Below the pieces are notes generated by a model. That model saw nothing but the letters and a program-made list of their open reading frames with translations, was not told where the DNA came from and searched no databases. Below, piece after piece: positions 34,467-44,624 of a stretch of DNA of 64,000 nucleotides. The stretch is from contig JAHILH010000001.1 in NCBI GenBank assembly GCA_018897195.1, positions 92,565 through 156,564 of the forward strand. Direction: 5' to 3'. Source of the DNA: Patescibacteria group bacterium (lineage in GTDB: Bacteria > Patescibacteriota > Patescibacteriia > Patescibacteriales > UBA12075). Position 1 is the first letter of the stretch; every line of letters starts with the position of its first letter. Both the position numbers and the translations under genes were made by a program.

Positions 34467-37400
34467 ATGAGTTCAATCGCGCATCTTTTTTGTATGAATC
34501 CTGATGGGAGTGAGTATTGTTTTAACGTTGGGTTAGTGGAGCCGTTGACAGCAGATGAGTTTGAGAAAATGAAGAAAGCGTTGGCTGATGGTTTTATCAA
34601 AGAAAGCATGAAGGACGTTTCTTCTTTGGATGGTGATGTGATAGAGTTGGGGCCACGAATGAATTGTGAGACTCCTTGGTCTTCCAATATGGTTTCGATT
34701 TGCCAGTCGATCGGCCTGGGAAAGGTGAATCGGGTGGAGCGATCGAGGCGGTATGTGGTGCCGGAGGGCATTTCGCGTGACGAGTTTATTGCGGATAATC
34801 ATGATCGCATGACCGAGTGTGAGTACCCGGGAGCTTTGCAGACATTTTCAACGGGAATTGAGCCTCAAGCAGTATATGAGGTACCCATGATTGAAAAGGG
34901 GCCTGATGCCTTGAAGGATATACCGGGGATTTCGATGGATGACTGGGACCGGCGGTTTTATTATGATTACTTTGTAATGAAGAATAACCGCAATCCGACC
35001 ATTGTTGAGATTTTGGACTTGAATAATGCCAATAGCGAGCATTCGCGTCACGGCTATTTCAAGGGCAAGATGATTATTGATGGACAGGAAATGCCCTGGA
35101 CTTTATTTGAATTGGTGATGGAGACTTGGAATGCAAATCCAGGAAATAGTATTATTGCTTTCAGTGATAATTCCAGCGGTATTAAAGGTCGTTTTATTCA
35201 GACACTTGTGCCGGAACAGCCGGGTATGTATTCTCGATTGGTTCGCGATGAGCGGCTTTATCACATTATCTTTACGGCGGAGACGCACAACTTTCCGACT
35301 GGCGTGGCACCATTTCCTGGTGCGGAAACCGGATCGGGTGGTCGTATTCGTGACATTCAGGCAACTGGACGCGGCGGATTGATGGGAATTGGTACGGCAG
35401 GCTATTGCGTGTCCAATCTTCATATTGCAAATTACACCTTACCCTGGGAGCTTGAGTTTAAGCGTCCGGAAAATTTGGCAAGCGGTTTGCAGATTTTGAT
35501 TGAGGCCAGTAATGGTGGTTCGCGCTATGGCAACGAAATTGGCGAGGCATTGGTGCTTGGTTTTGCTCGATCATTTGATTTGCGTCCCTGGGGTGGTGCG
35601 CGTTGGAGCTTTATCAAGCCGATAATGTTTACTGCTGGGATGGGACAAATCGATCACCGGCATATCAGAAAAAACGACGCCGAAGAAGGAATGCTCATCG
35701 TACAGATTGGCGGACCTGCTTATCGCGTTGGTTTTGGTGGCGGTGCGGCTTCGAGCCTAATTCAGGGCGACCAAGATGCCGGGCTTGATTTCAATGCTGT
35801 GCAGCGTGGCAATGCAGAAATGGAACAAAAGATGAACCGTGTTGTCCGCACTTGTTCAGAAATGGGGGAAAATAATCCTCTTGATGTCATTCACGATCAG
35901 GGTGCTGGTGGACCAGCTAATGTCCTGAAAGAATTAGTGGAAAAATCTGGTGGACAGATTGAAATACGCAAGATAAAGGTCGGAGATCCGACCATGTCGG
36001 TGTTGGAAATCTATGTTGCAGAATATCAAGAGCGGAATGGCTTATTGATTCGCGAAGAACGGATTGAGGAGTTTAAGAAGATCTGCGAACGCGAAAAAGT
36101 AAATTGCGAAGTTCTTGGATCTGTGACAATGGATGGGAAATTTGTTGTCCATGATTCAAATGATGGCACAACGCCGGTCAATATTGACTTGCATGAACTC
36201 ATGGGAGGAATGCCTCAGAAGACTTTTGAGGTTAAGACGGTTGAGGATGACTTGAGGTCATTGGTATTGCCGGAAGGTTTGACAGTGGAGGACGCGCTTG
36301 CAAGAGTGTTGCGCTTGGTCTCCGTTGGTTCAAAAAGGTTTTTAACCAACAAGGGAGACAGGAGTGTAACTGGATTGGTAGCTCAGCAGCAATGTTGCGG
36401 CCCTCTCCAATTGCCTGTCAGTGATGTGGCGGTAATGGCGCAAAGTTTAGTGCCCAATGACAATGGTGTGCATTCCGGAATGGCAACCTCAATCGGTGAA
36501 CAGCCGATCAAGATGTTGGTTAATCCGGCGGCTGGTGCGCGCATGGCAGTTGGCGAAGCAATAACGAATCTAGCCGGAGCAAAAATCGACGGTCTTGATA
36601 GCGTGAAATGTTCTGCGAACTGGATGTGGGCACCGAAACTTGAAGGTGAGGGTGCGGCGATGTATTCGGCCGCAACGGCCTTGCGCGATTGTTTGATTGC
36701 GCTTGATGTTGCCATTGATGGCGGAAAGGATAGCTTGTCGATGGCGACCAGAGTTGGTGCCGAGACAGTCAAATCACCGCGGCAGTTGGTTATTTCGGCT
36801 TATGTTGGAATAGCGGATATTACCAAAGTGGTGACGCCGGACATCAAGAAGCCGGGCGAAAGTCAGTTGATTTTTATTGACTTGGCAAATGGAAAAAATC
36901 GTCTGGGTGGATCGGCTTTGGCGCATGTCCATGGTCAGATTGGCAATGAAAGTCCGGACATGGATGATCCTGAGTTGGTCAAGCGCGCGTTTAATTGCGT
37001 GCAGGATTTGATTGACAAGGATTTGATTTTGGCTTGCCATGATCGGAGCGACGGTGGTCTAATTACAACGTTGCTGGAAATGGCTTTTGCCGGTAATTGT
37101 GGACTGGAAATACAAATGGGCACAGTTGAAGGCGAAGTAATCCCAGTGTTGTTTTCTGAAGAATTGGGATTGGTTATTGAGTGTACTTATAATTATGCAA
37201 GCATAGTAATAAGGAGATTGCTGGACAACAATATCCCATACATACCCATTGGACGAACATTGAGTACAAATCAGTATATTACTTTGTATTTCGGCGCTGA
37301 GCTTGTTTTTAATGAATCAATGCCGGAATTACGGAATCTTTGGGAAGAGACCAGTTATCAGTTGGAAAAGCTACAGGCAAATCCAACGTGTGCTGATGCA

Positions 37401-38291
37401 GAAAGGGAGAACATCTTTGATCGCCCTGGCCCGCAGTACAAGCTCACGTTTGAACCAAAACCAACCGCCCCTGAAATTCTTCAGGCAGAGAACAAGCCAA
37501 AGGTTTGTATCTTGCGTGAAGAAGGGACGAATGGCGATCGGGAGATGGCGGCAGCTTTTGAAGCCGCCGGATTTGAACCCTGGGACGTGACGATGACCGA
37601 TTTACTTGCAGAACGTGTTTCTTTAACGATGTTTCGAGGCTTGGTGGCCGCCGGCGGATTTTCTTATGCTGATGTGCCACAAAGCGCCAAGGGTTGGGCG
37701 GCAACTATTTTGTTCAATGAAAAGTTGCGGGCTGAGTTTGATAAGTTTTACAAACGGCCTGATACTTTTTCTTTGGGCGTGTGTAATGGTTGTCAGTTGT
37801 TCGGCCTACTTGGTTGGGTTCCGTATACCGGAATCAAGCCAGAACACCAACCGCGGTTCGTTCATAATGACTCCGGTCGTTTCGAATCGCGATGGTCAAG
37901 CGTCAGGATTTCGGATAGTCCATCCATTTTGTTTAAGGATATGGCTGGCTCTATTCTCGGTGTTCATGTTGCACACGGTGAAGGTAGGCTTATTTTTCCG
38001 GATGAAACTGTTAGGGCAGTAACCGTCGGTAATAAACTGTGTGCAATGTCATATGTTGATGATAGCGGGAGGGATACAAATAAATATCCCTTCTGTCCGA
38101 ACGGCAGTTGGGAAGGTGTTACAGCTCTCACAACTACCGATGGTCGGCATACAGCCATGATGCCTCATCCCGAACGTGCCTTTCTTAAATGGCAATGGCA
38201 TCATATGCCGGAACAAATGAAAAAAGAGCTTGAGGCTTCGCCTTGGCTCAAAATGTTCCAAAATGCCTATGATTGGTGCATGAAAAATTAA
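34467..38291 (+). CDS. purL: phosphoribosylformylglycinamidine (FGAM) synthase, single-chain large PurL
   Basis: 1274 aa, collinear with my recollection of E. coli PurL: NSEHSRH, ETHNFPTGVAPFPGAETGSGGRIRD, glutaminase GVCNGCQL, HGEGR, MPHPER. Strong SD. Confidence 0.93.
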   Translation: MSSIAHLFCMNPDGSEYCFNVGLVEPLTADEFEKMKKALADGFIKESMKDVSSLDGDVIELGPRMNCETPWSSNMVSICQSIGLGKVNRVERSRRYVVPEGISRDEFIADNHDRMTECEYPGALQTFSTGIEPQAVYEVPMIEKGPDALKDIPGISMDDWDRRFYYDYFVMKNNRNPTIVEILDLNNANSEHSRHGYFKGKMIIDGQEMPWTLFELVMETWNANPGNSIIAFSDNSSGIKGRFIQTLVPEQPGMYSRLVRDERLYHIIFTAETHNFPTGVAPFPGAETGSGGRIRDIQATGRGGLMGIGTAGYCVSNLHIANYTLPWELEFKRPENLASGLQILIEASNGGSRYGNEIGEALVLGFARSFDLRPWGGARWSFIKPIMFTAGMGQIDHRHIRKNDAEEGMLIVQIGGPAYRVGFGGGAASSLIQGDQDAGLDFNAVQRGNAEMEQKMNRVVRTCSEMGENNPLDVIHDQGAGGPANVLKELVEKSGGQIEIRKIKVGDPTMSVLEIYVAEYQERNGLLIREERIEEFKKICEREKVNCEVLGSVTMDGKFVVHDSNDGTTPVNIDLHELMGGMPQKTFEVKTVEDDLRSLVLPEGLTVEDALARVLRLVSVGSKRFLTNKGDRSVTGLVAQQQCCGPLQLPVSDVAVMAQSLVPNDNGVHSGMATSIGEQPIKMLVNPAAGARMAVGEAITNLAGAKIDGLDSVKCSANWMWAPKLEGEGAAMYSAATALRDCLIALDVAIDGGKDSLSMATRVGAETVKSPRQLVISAYVGIADITKVVTPDIKKPGESQLIFIDLANGKNRLGGSALAHVHGQIGNESPDMDDPELVKRAFNCVQDLIDKDLILACHDRSDGGLITTLLEMAFAGNCGLEIQMGTVEGEVIPVLFSEELGLVIECTYNYASIVIRRLLDNNIPYIPIGRTLSTNQYITLYFGAELVFNESMPELRNLWEETSYQLEKLQANPTCADAERENIFDRPGPQYKLTFEPKPTAPEILQAENKPKVCILREEGTNGDREMAAAFEAAGFEPWDVTMTDLLAERVSLTMFRGLVAAGGFSYADVPQSAKGWAATILFNEKLRAEFDKFYKRPDTFSLGVCNGCQLFGLLGWVPYTGIKPEHQPRFVHNDSGRFESRWSSVRISDSPSILFKDMAGSILGVHVAHGEGRLIFPDETVRAVTVGNKLCAMSYVDDSGRDTNKYPFCPNGSWEGVTALTTTDGRHTAMMPHPERAFLKWQWHHMPEQMKKELEASPWLKMFQNAYDWCMKN

Positions 38292-38319
38292 CTATTATTC
38301 GATAAGGAGATAAAAAATC

Positions 38320-38355
38320 AAACCCCGTTGCTATTGCAGTAACGGGGTTTTCTAT
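38320..38355 (+). terminator. intrinsic terminator after purL
   Basis: AAACCCCGTT / AACGGGGTTT stem followed by a T-rich run. Confidence 0.8.
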
Positions 38356-38466
38356 TGACTATTTTCCTAAAATATCCTAATCTTAAATCAAATTAAGACA
38401 GGGGAGGGTTCTTTTTTTTGAATCGTTCTTTTTATTTTTATTAATATTTCGAGAAGGAGATTGGAT

Positions 38467-39696
38467 ATGTGGCACATGCAAGATTCAAATGATCAGCCTG
38501 CTGGACAAGGTGATGGTGGACAAGAAAGTCAGTATGCACAGCTTGGAGTAGATGCTCACAAAACAGGCGTGAAAAAAAGCTTTAAGCCAGTAATTGACAA
38601 CGACTATCCTTTGGCGTTTTGCAACATTGTGAAGGATCGTTTGAATCCTGGCTATGTATTGACGCAACACATGGATGGCGATGGTAGCAAAATGCTTCAG
38701 CGATTACTTCATTATCATGAAACTGGAGATGCCACCGTCTTTCGCGGCGCGGTTGATGATGCATGGTCGATGAATACCGGAGACATTGCGGCTAGCGGAT
38801 TTGTTGATGAGTTATTTTTGACTGATGTTATAAATATCAACGGAATATCTGCGCCAAAGGATGTAATAATGGAGCAGCTTGCTATCAGAATTGCCGAATT
38901 GAAACAGCTTTATATCGAGCATGGATTCGATGTAACGTTTTTCGGTGGCGAAACGGCGGACTTGCCTGATCAGGTTAAGACAGTTGTTTTTGATATCTGT
39001 GCCAGTTCCAGAGTACATGAGACTGGTCTGATTGAGGGTAATATTGAGCCCGGTGATGCGATTTTCGGAATGGCCAGCGATGGCCAAGTAGCCTGGGAAA
39101 AGGAAGGTAATTCCGGCATTATGTCGAATGGCTTAACCATGGCGCGCATCAAATTGATGCACGCGAACTATGTCAATAAACATCCGGAGCTTATGCGACA
39201 GGAAAAACCGTTCGAGGGTCGGTTCTCAATCCATGGAATGGATGAAAGACTTGGCACAATGTCAGTTTCAGAGGCAATCATGTCGCCGACACGTCAATGG
39301 GCGTTGGTTATCAAGAGGATTATCGACGGATTACGCAGTCATGACAGCCTTCATTTGCTTCATGGTGTCGTTATGAATACCGGCGGTGGCGCCACTAAGG
39401 TGTTGAATATCGGCCGGAATATTCATTATGTAAAAAAAATGCCGATACCACCACCGATTTTTCAGTTGATTAAGTTTGAATCTGGTGAAGAATGGGAAAA
39501 TATGTTTACCGCCTTTAATTGCGGGGTTGGCATTGATATTATAGGATCTGACAAGGGTGGTGTTTTGCAGGATGTCCTGAATTCGGTTTCAGAGTGGACC
39601 AGGGTGAAATTGTTTCGATTGGGTGATTGTCATCACTCGGAAAGTCCAGATAATCTCGTTACGCTCTATACGCCTTACGGTGAGTTTGCCTATTAA
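38467..39696 (+). CDS. purM: AIR synthase (PurM), long ~400-aa variant
   Basis: Start moved to ATG 38467 (SD AAGGAG 8 nt upstream). HMDGDGSK, GGETADLP and GIMSNGLT motifs of the PurM superfamily. Length and N-terminus resemble the long PurM form I recall from Bacteroidota. Confidence 0.7.
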   Translation: MWHMQDSNDQPAGQGDGGQESQYAQLGVDAHKTGVKKSFKPVIDNDYPLAFCNIVKDRLNPGYVLTQHMDGDGSKMLQRLLHYHETGDATVFRGAVDDAWSMNTGDIAASGFVDELFLTDVININGISAPKDVIMEQLAIRIAELKQLYIEHGFDVTFFGGETADLPDQVKTVVFDICASSRVHETGLIEGNIEPGDAIFGMASDGQVAWEKEGNSGIMSNGLTMARIKLMHANYVNKHPELMRQEKPFEGRFSIHGMDERLGTMSVSEAIMSPTRQWALVIKRIIDGLRSHDSLHLLHGVVMNTGGGATKVLNIGRNIHYVKKMPIPPPIFQLIKFESGEEWENMFTAFNCGVGIDIIGSDKGGVLQDVLNSVSEWTRVKLFRLGDCHHSESPDNLVTLYTPYGEFAY

Positions 39697-39720
39697 CCAG
39701 GCAGTAATAATATCTTTAAC

Positions 39721-39757
39721 AAGCCTTTGCGGGTAAATCTCGCAAAGGCTTTTTTAT
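39721..39757 (+). terminator. intrinsic terminator after purM
   Basis: AAGCCTTTGCG / CGCAAAGGCTT 11-bp stem followed by T6. Confidence 0.85.
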
Positions 39758-39845
39758 TTCCAAAAAATACCCAAACTTTATCCAGTTTTCATCTTAATAC
39801 AATAATATCCCTAAAATTGGCTATATTTACTTATAGCTATTTTTT

Positions 39846-39874
39846 TTGACATAAGTATTCCCACGGGTTATAAT
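39846..39874 (+). promoter_or_regulatory. perfect-consensus sigma70 promoter of mreB
   Basis: TTGACA (39846-51), exactly 17 nt, TATAAT (39869-74). Confidence 0.7.
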
Positions 39875-39953
39875 AACAGCATTGATTTGAAATAATTTCG
39901 GCTTCATGGTTTCATTTTTTCCACAATGTAGCAATGTAACGATAATATAAATA

Positions 39954-40997
39954 GTGTTTAATAAATTCTTAGGAAAATTTAGTAAAGATTTGGGCATCGA
40001 TCTCGGTACCAAAAATACTCTTGTGTATACTTCGGACAAGGGTATTGTTATTAATGAACCATCTGTGGTCGCTATCAATACACGGACGGATGAGATTTTG
40101 GCTGTGGGTGATGAGGCGCGCAAGATGGTGGGTAAGACTCCGGGGCATATTCAGGCGGTGCGACCGTTGGTTGACGGTGTGATTTCTGATTTTGAGGTGA
40201 CGGAAAAGATGTTGAAATATTTTATCGACAAGGTGCATAATGAGAGCTTTACTTTGATTCCGCGTCCGCGCGTGGTGATTGGTGTGCCTTTGGATATTAC
40301 CGAGGTGGAGCGCAAGGCGGTGGAGGATGCGGCGAAATCGGCCGGAGCGCGACAAGTATTTTTGATTGAAGAGTCAATGGCGGCGGCGATTGGGGCGCGT
40401 TTGCCCGTGGCCGATCCGACGGCGACGATGATTGTGGATATTGGTGGCGGGACAACGGAAATTTCCGTGATTTCGCTAGGCGGTGTGGTAGCGTGGAAGT
40501 CATTGCGCTTGGCTGGTAATGAATTGGATAATAATATCATTCAGTATATTCGGGAAGAATTTAATATTTTGATTGGTGAGCAATTGGCGGAATCGATTAA
40601 GATTAAAATTGGTTCAGCGACAGTTTTGAAAGAAAAAATCGAGATGGAAGCGCGTGGTCGTGATTTATTGAATGGTTTACCAAAGGCGATTACGATCAAT
40701 GATAGTCAGGTGCGTGAGGCGATTAGTCGGACGGTTTTACAGATTGTGGAAAATATTAAAACAACTTTGGAAATTACGCCACCAGAATTGGTATCAGATA
40801 TTTATGAGCACGGAATTGTATTGACCGGCGGCGGCGCTCTTTTGCGCGGATTAGATAAGGAAATTGCACAAGCAACCAAGATCCCTGTACGCGTGGCTGA
40901 TGATCCTCTGACCTGTGTGGTCCGCGGCACTGGTATTCTGCTCTCTGATCCGGAGCTATTGGCGAAGGTCATTACTCCTGGTCCGGATAAAATGTAG
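39954..40997 (+). CDS. mreB: rod-shape protein MreB
   Basis: GTG start; DLGIDLGTKNT, DIGGGTTEISV, VLTGGGALLRGLD actin-fold motifs. Confidence 0.93.
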   Translation: MFNKFLGKFSKDLGIDLGTKNTLVYTSDKGIVINEPSVVAINTRTDEILAVGDEARKMVGKTPGHIQAVRPLVDGVISDFEVTEKMLKYFIDKVHNESFTLIPRPRVVIGVPLDITEVERKAVEDAAKSAGARQVFLIEESMAAAIGARLPVADPTATMIVDIGGGTTEISVISLGGVVAWKSLRLAGNELDNNIIQYIREEFNILIGEQLAESIKIKIGSATVLKEKIEMEARGRDLLNGLPKAITINDSQVREAISRTVLQIVENIKTTLEITPPELVSDIYEHGIVLTGGGALLRGLDKEIAQATKIPVRVADDPLTCVVRGTGILLSDPELLAKVITPGPDKM

Positions 40998-41004
40998 AAT
41001 TCCG

Positions 41005-41160
41005 CGTCATTCCCGCGAAGGCGGGAATCCAGGCGCCACTGCGAGTGTTTAAAATTATAGAAACCTATTGAATTATAATTTAATATTTAGATGAAATAAA
41101 TTTACTATATCTAGTATCATTATACGAGGTACCTGGATTCCCGCCTTCGCGGGAATGACG
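41005..41160 (+). repeat. MITE-like element E4 (156 bp)
   Basis: Both termini of the TTCCCGC type; core AAAATTATAGAAAC ... TTATACGAGGTACCTGG; 7 nt after the mreB stop. Confidence 0.85.
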
Positions 41161-41235
41161 AAAGAATAGGGTATTTATTTATACAAGAATAACAAAAACA
41201 AAAAAATTTTGTCCGCCTTATTCTTGTATTTTTTT

Positions 41236-42045
41236 ATGAACAAAAACAACAAACAAAAATTCATCACCACCATGGCTGTGCTTTTGGTTTTTGTGGCTGG
41301 TCATTATATCGGCATCTTTCGGCCGATTGAAAATCTTTTTGTCAAAATCTTGAATCCGATTTTCGGCGGTTTTAATTCAGCTGGTTTGGGGATTAAGAAT
41401 ACTTACAATGATAGCGTGAACAAGGCGGATTTGTTGAAGAGCTTGGAGGAAATGAAAATTCAGGGCAACGCCTTGATTGAGGAGAATGCGAAATTGAAAA
41501 CCGTGCAGGAGGAGAATGAATTGTTGCGTGGGTATTTAAGCTTCTTCACCAAGACGAATTATAAGTATGTGATGAGTAATGTCGTTTCGCGTGGGAGTAT
41601 TTCGGATACCTTGAAAACAACTGAGACGATTACTATTGATCGTGGGAGTAAAAGTGGCGTAGTGGTTGGACAGGCAGTGGTTAATAACAAGGGTATTATT
41701 GTGGGCAAGGTGGCCGAGGCAAAGGATGATATTGCGAAAGTTTTTTTAGTGAATAGTAATCAATGTAAGTTGGCGGCGACAATGTTCAATAATGATAAGA
41801 CGGCGGGAATCGCAGAAGGTGAGTTGGGTTTGACGATTCGCATGAGTTTTATTCCGCAAACTCAAAAGTTAAATAAAAATGATTTAGTGGTGACTTCCGG
41901 ACTTGAGCCTTTGATTCCACGTGGTCTGGCAATCGGTAAAGTGACTCAAGTTGATGGTGGTAATAACGACTTGTGGCAGTCAGCCGTAATTGAACCTTTG
42001 GTTAATCCCGATGATTTAACTATTGTGTCGGTCTTATTAAAATAA
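41236..42045 (+). CDS. mreC: rod-shape protein MreC
   Basis: Start moved to ATG 41236; TM, coiled coil, then beta domains with VTSGLEPLIPRGLAIGKV. Confidence 0.8.
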   Translation: MNKNNKQKFITTMAVLLVFVAGHYIGIFRPIENLFVKILNPIFGGFNSAGLGIKNTYNDSVNKADLLKSLEEMKIQGNALIEENAKLKTVQEENELLRGYLSFFTKTNYKYVMSNVVSRGSISDTLKTTETITIDRGSKSGVVVGQAVVNNKGIIVGKVAEAKDDIAKVFLVNSNQCKLAATMFNNDKTAGIAEGELGLTIRMSFIPQTQKLNKNDLVVTSGLEPLIPRGLAIGKVTQVDGGNNDLWQSAVIEPLVNPDDLTIVSVLLK

Positions 42046-42049
42046 ATTT

Positions 42050-42580
42050 ATGTTTGGCAAAATCTTCTTAAATATATTTATGCTTTTAGCGATTGTCGCA
42101 TTGCAAAAGGGCTTGGTCACTTCGTTGCCGTATTTTATTAGTGGCACGAATTTGATATTAATTTCAATTATATTTATTTTGGGCGTATATGGTTTTTGGA
42201 CAGCGCTTTACTGGACGATTGGCACGGGCGTTCTTTTGGATATTTATTCTTTTGTATTTTTTGGTAATTATTTAGTCAGTTTTTTATTAATACTGTTTAT
42301 GGCGCATTTTTTGTTTGGTTTTTTGTTTACTAATAAATCGCTTTATTCATTCCTGACCATCGTCTTGCTCGGCTATGTATTCTTCGAAATATTTTTTACT
42401 TTTTTCTATTACCTTGAAGTCTTTTTTGAGAAAGGTAATTTTGATATTATTTTTGATGGAAATTTTTTCACAATTAAAGCCTTTGGCCTGTTGTCAAGTT
42501 TGGTTGCCTCAGTCATCGTTTTTAATTCATTAAATTTCTTAACTAATAAACTAAAACCAGTTTTCTTATTTAGAAGTTAG
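42050..42580 (+). CDS. mreD: rod-shape protein MreD (by position and topology)
   Basis: 176 aa, 5 TM helices, between mreC and PBP2. Confidence 0.55.
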   Translation: MFGKIFLNIFMLLAIVALQKGLVTSLPYFISGTNLILISIIFILGVYGFWTALYWTIGTGVLLDIYSFVFFGNYLVSFLLILFMAHFLFGFLFTNKSLYSFLTIVLLGYVFFEIFFTFFYYLEVFFEKGNFDIIFDGNFFTIKAFGLLSSLVASVIVFNSLNFLTNKLKPVFLFRS

Positions 42581-42581
42581 T

Positions 42582-44612
42582 ATGGGATTGAAAAGCTACC
42601 TAAAACCTAATAATAAGTACGAGAAAATTTCCAATCCTTTTTCCATTCAACAGAACGGTTTTAAAACGGATAAGCATAATTCTCTCTATCGGACGGAATG
42701 GTCTGAGGATGTTTTTATATCTGATAATAATGGCAGAGAAATCTTGGGCAAGAGCTTTGATTTTAAGAAACTGCCGATTATCTTGTTTTTTCTTTTTCTT
42801 TCCTTAACACTGCTGATTGGCAAGGTGGCCTGGTTGCAAGTGGTGAAGGGGGATTATTATTACAAAATCGCCGAGGGTAATCGTATTCGCGTACATCGCA
42901 TTGAACCGAAGCGCGGGATTGTGTATGACCGAAACAAAACACCGCTAGTGCGTAACGCGGCGAACTTTAAGTTATATTTTATTCCAATCGATTTGCCACC
43001 AAAGCGGGAAAAAGCCAAAGCGGGGGAATTGTGCCTTGAAGATATAGTTGGTGGTATTAGTGAGATATTAAAAGAGGTGGGTGAAAAAGATTTGTATGAA
43101 AAATTAGACACGGTGAAGATGGGGTCGTTGGAGTCGTATAGTCCGATATTCGTCTTGGATAATATTGACTATGAAAAGGCGATGAGTTTGTATTTGAAAT
43201 CGTCCCAATGGCCAGGGGTGATTCTGTCCAATAGCTCTCGTCGTGAATATCCAAATGCGACCAAAGTAGTAGTTGATGATAAAGAGATGATGGTTGGTTT
43301 GTCATTATCGCATATCTTGGGATACACGGGCAAGATTAATGATACTGAATTAAAAAAATATGGTGAAGAGTATCAGCCGATTGATTATATTGGCAAAATG
43401 GGTCTAGAATATTTTTGGGAAAATGAATTAAAAGGCGTGAATGGCAAGAAGCAGATTGAGGTTGATGCCTTGGGCAAGGAAAAGAAAATCATCGGACAGG
43501 TGGATGCAGCTGATGGTCATGGTTTGGTCTTGTCTTTGGATTTACCAATGCAAACAAAATTGGAAGAATTATTTTTGAAATATATGGGCGAGCGGAAATT
43601 GACCAAGGGTTCAGCAGTGGTGATGAATCCGAACAATGGTGAGGTTTTGGCCATGGTTAGTCTACCAGCTTTTGATAATAATCTGTTTGCGCATGGTATC
43701 AGCCAAGCTGATTATTCCGGCTATTTAACCGCTGAAGATCGCCCGCTTTTTAATCGCGCGATTGGTGGTGAGTTTCCGCCAGGGTCAACTTTTAAAATGG
43801 TGCTAGCTGCCGGCGCGCTCCAAGAGCGGATAATTTCCGAAGGTACAAAATTTTTGAGTAATGGCGGATTACGAATTAGTCAGTGGTTTTTTCCCGATTG
43901 GAAAGGTGGCGGACACGGCATTACTGATGTCAAGAAAGCGATTGCGGAATCAGTTAATACCTTCTTTTATTATATCGGTGGTGGCTACAATGACTTTGTT
44001 GGTCTCGGTGTTGATAAGATTGGAGAGTATGCCGATAAATTTGGTTTTGGCAAACAGACTGGAATAGATTTAAACGGTGAAGCTAGCGGATTTATACCAA
44101 CCAAGGAGTGGAAGGCGGAGGTAAAAAATGAGTCTTGGTATATTGGTGATACTTATCATCTTTCAATTGGACAAGGTGACATGCTAGTCACGCCTTTGCA
44201 AGTCGCCGCCTATACCAGTGTTTTTGCGAATGGCGGTAGCCTCTATCGTCCACATTTGGTGAATCAAATTATTAGTCATGAGAATGATGTGGTTAACGAA
44301 ATTCAACCAGAGGTAGTACGCAAAGATTTTATTGATTCTGTTAATATTAATGTAATCCGAGAAGGTATGCGTCAAACTGTCACAAATGGTAGTGCGCGCC
44401 GTCTCGGCACGCTCAAAAAAACCTCAGCGGCCAAGACCGGAACCGCCCAGTGGTCCACTAAAAAAGATCCACACGCTTGGGTAACCGGCTTTGCACCCTA
44501 TGAGAATCCAGAAATCGCGTTTGTGTTATTAGTGGAAGAAGGTAAGGAAGGCTCTGTGATTACAATGTCGATTGCACATGATTTTTTGGAGTGGTATTTT
44601 GAGAAGTATTAA
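42582..44612 (+). CDS. mrdA: penicillin-binding protein 2 (elongasome transpeptidase)
   Basis: SxxK (GSTFKMV), SxN (ESVNTF), KTG (AKTGTAQ); follows mreBCD. Confidence 0.88.
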   Translation: MGLKSYLKPNNKYEKISNPFSIQQNGFKTDKHNSLYRTEWSEDVFISDNNGREILGKSFDFKKLPIILFFLFLSLTLLIGKVAWLQVVKGDYYYKIAEGNRIRVHRIEPKRGIVYDRNKTPLVRNAANFKLYFIPIDLPPKREKAKAGELCLEDIVGGISEILKEVGEKDLYEKLDTVKMGSLESYSPIFVLDNIDYEKAMSLYLKSSQWPGVILSNSSRREYPNATKVVVDDKEMMVGLSLSHILGYTGKINDTELKKYGEEYQPIDYIGKMGLEYFWENELKGVNGKKQIEVDALGKEKKIIGQVDAADGHGLVLSLDLPMQTKLEELFLKYMGERKLTKGSAVVMNPNNGEVLAMVSLPAFDNNLFAHGISQADYSGYLTAEDRPLFNRAIGGEFPPGSTFKMVLAAGALQERIISEGTKFLSNGGLRISQWFFPDWKGGGHGITDVKKAIAESVNTFFYYIGGGYNDFVGLGVDKIGEYADKFGFGKQTGIDLNGEASGFIPTKEWKAEVKNESWYIGDTYHLSIGQGDMLVTPLQVAAYTSVFANGGSLYRPHLVNQIISHENDVVNEIQPEVVRKDFIDSVNINVIREGMRQTVTNGSARRLGTLKKTSAAKTGTAQWSTKKDPHAWVTGFAPYENPEIAFVLLVEEGKEGSVITMSIAHDFLEWYFEKY

Positions 44613-44624
44613 TATTTAAAACAA

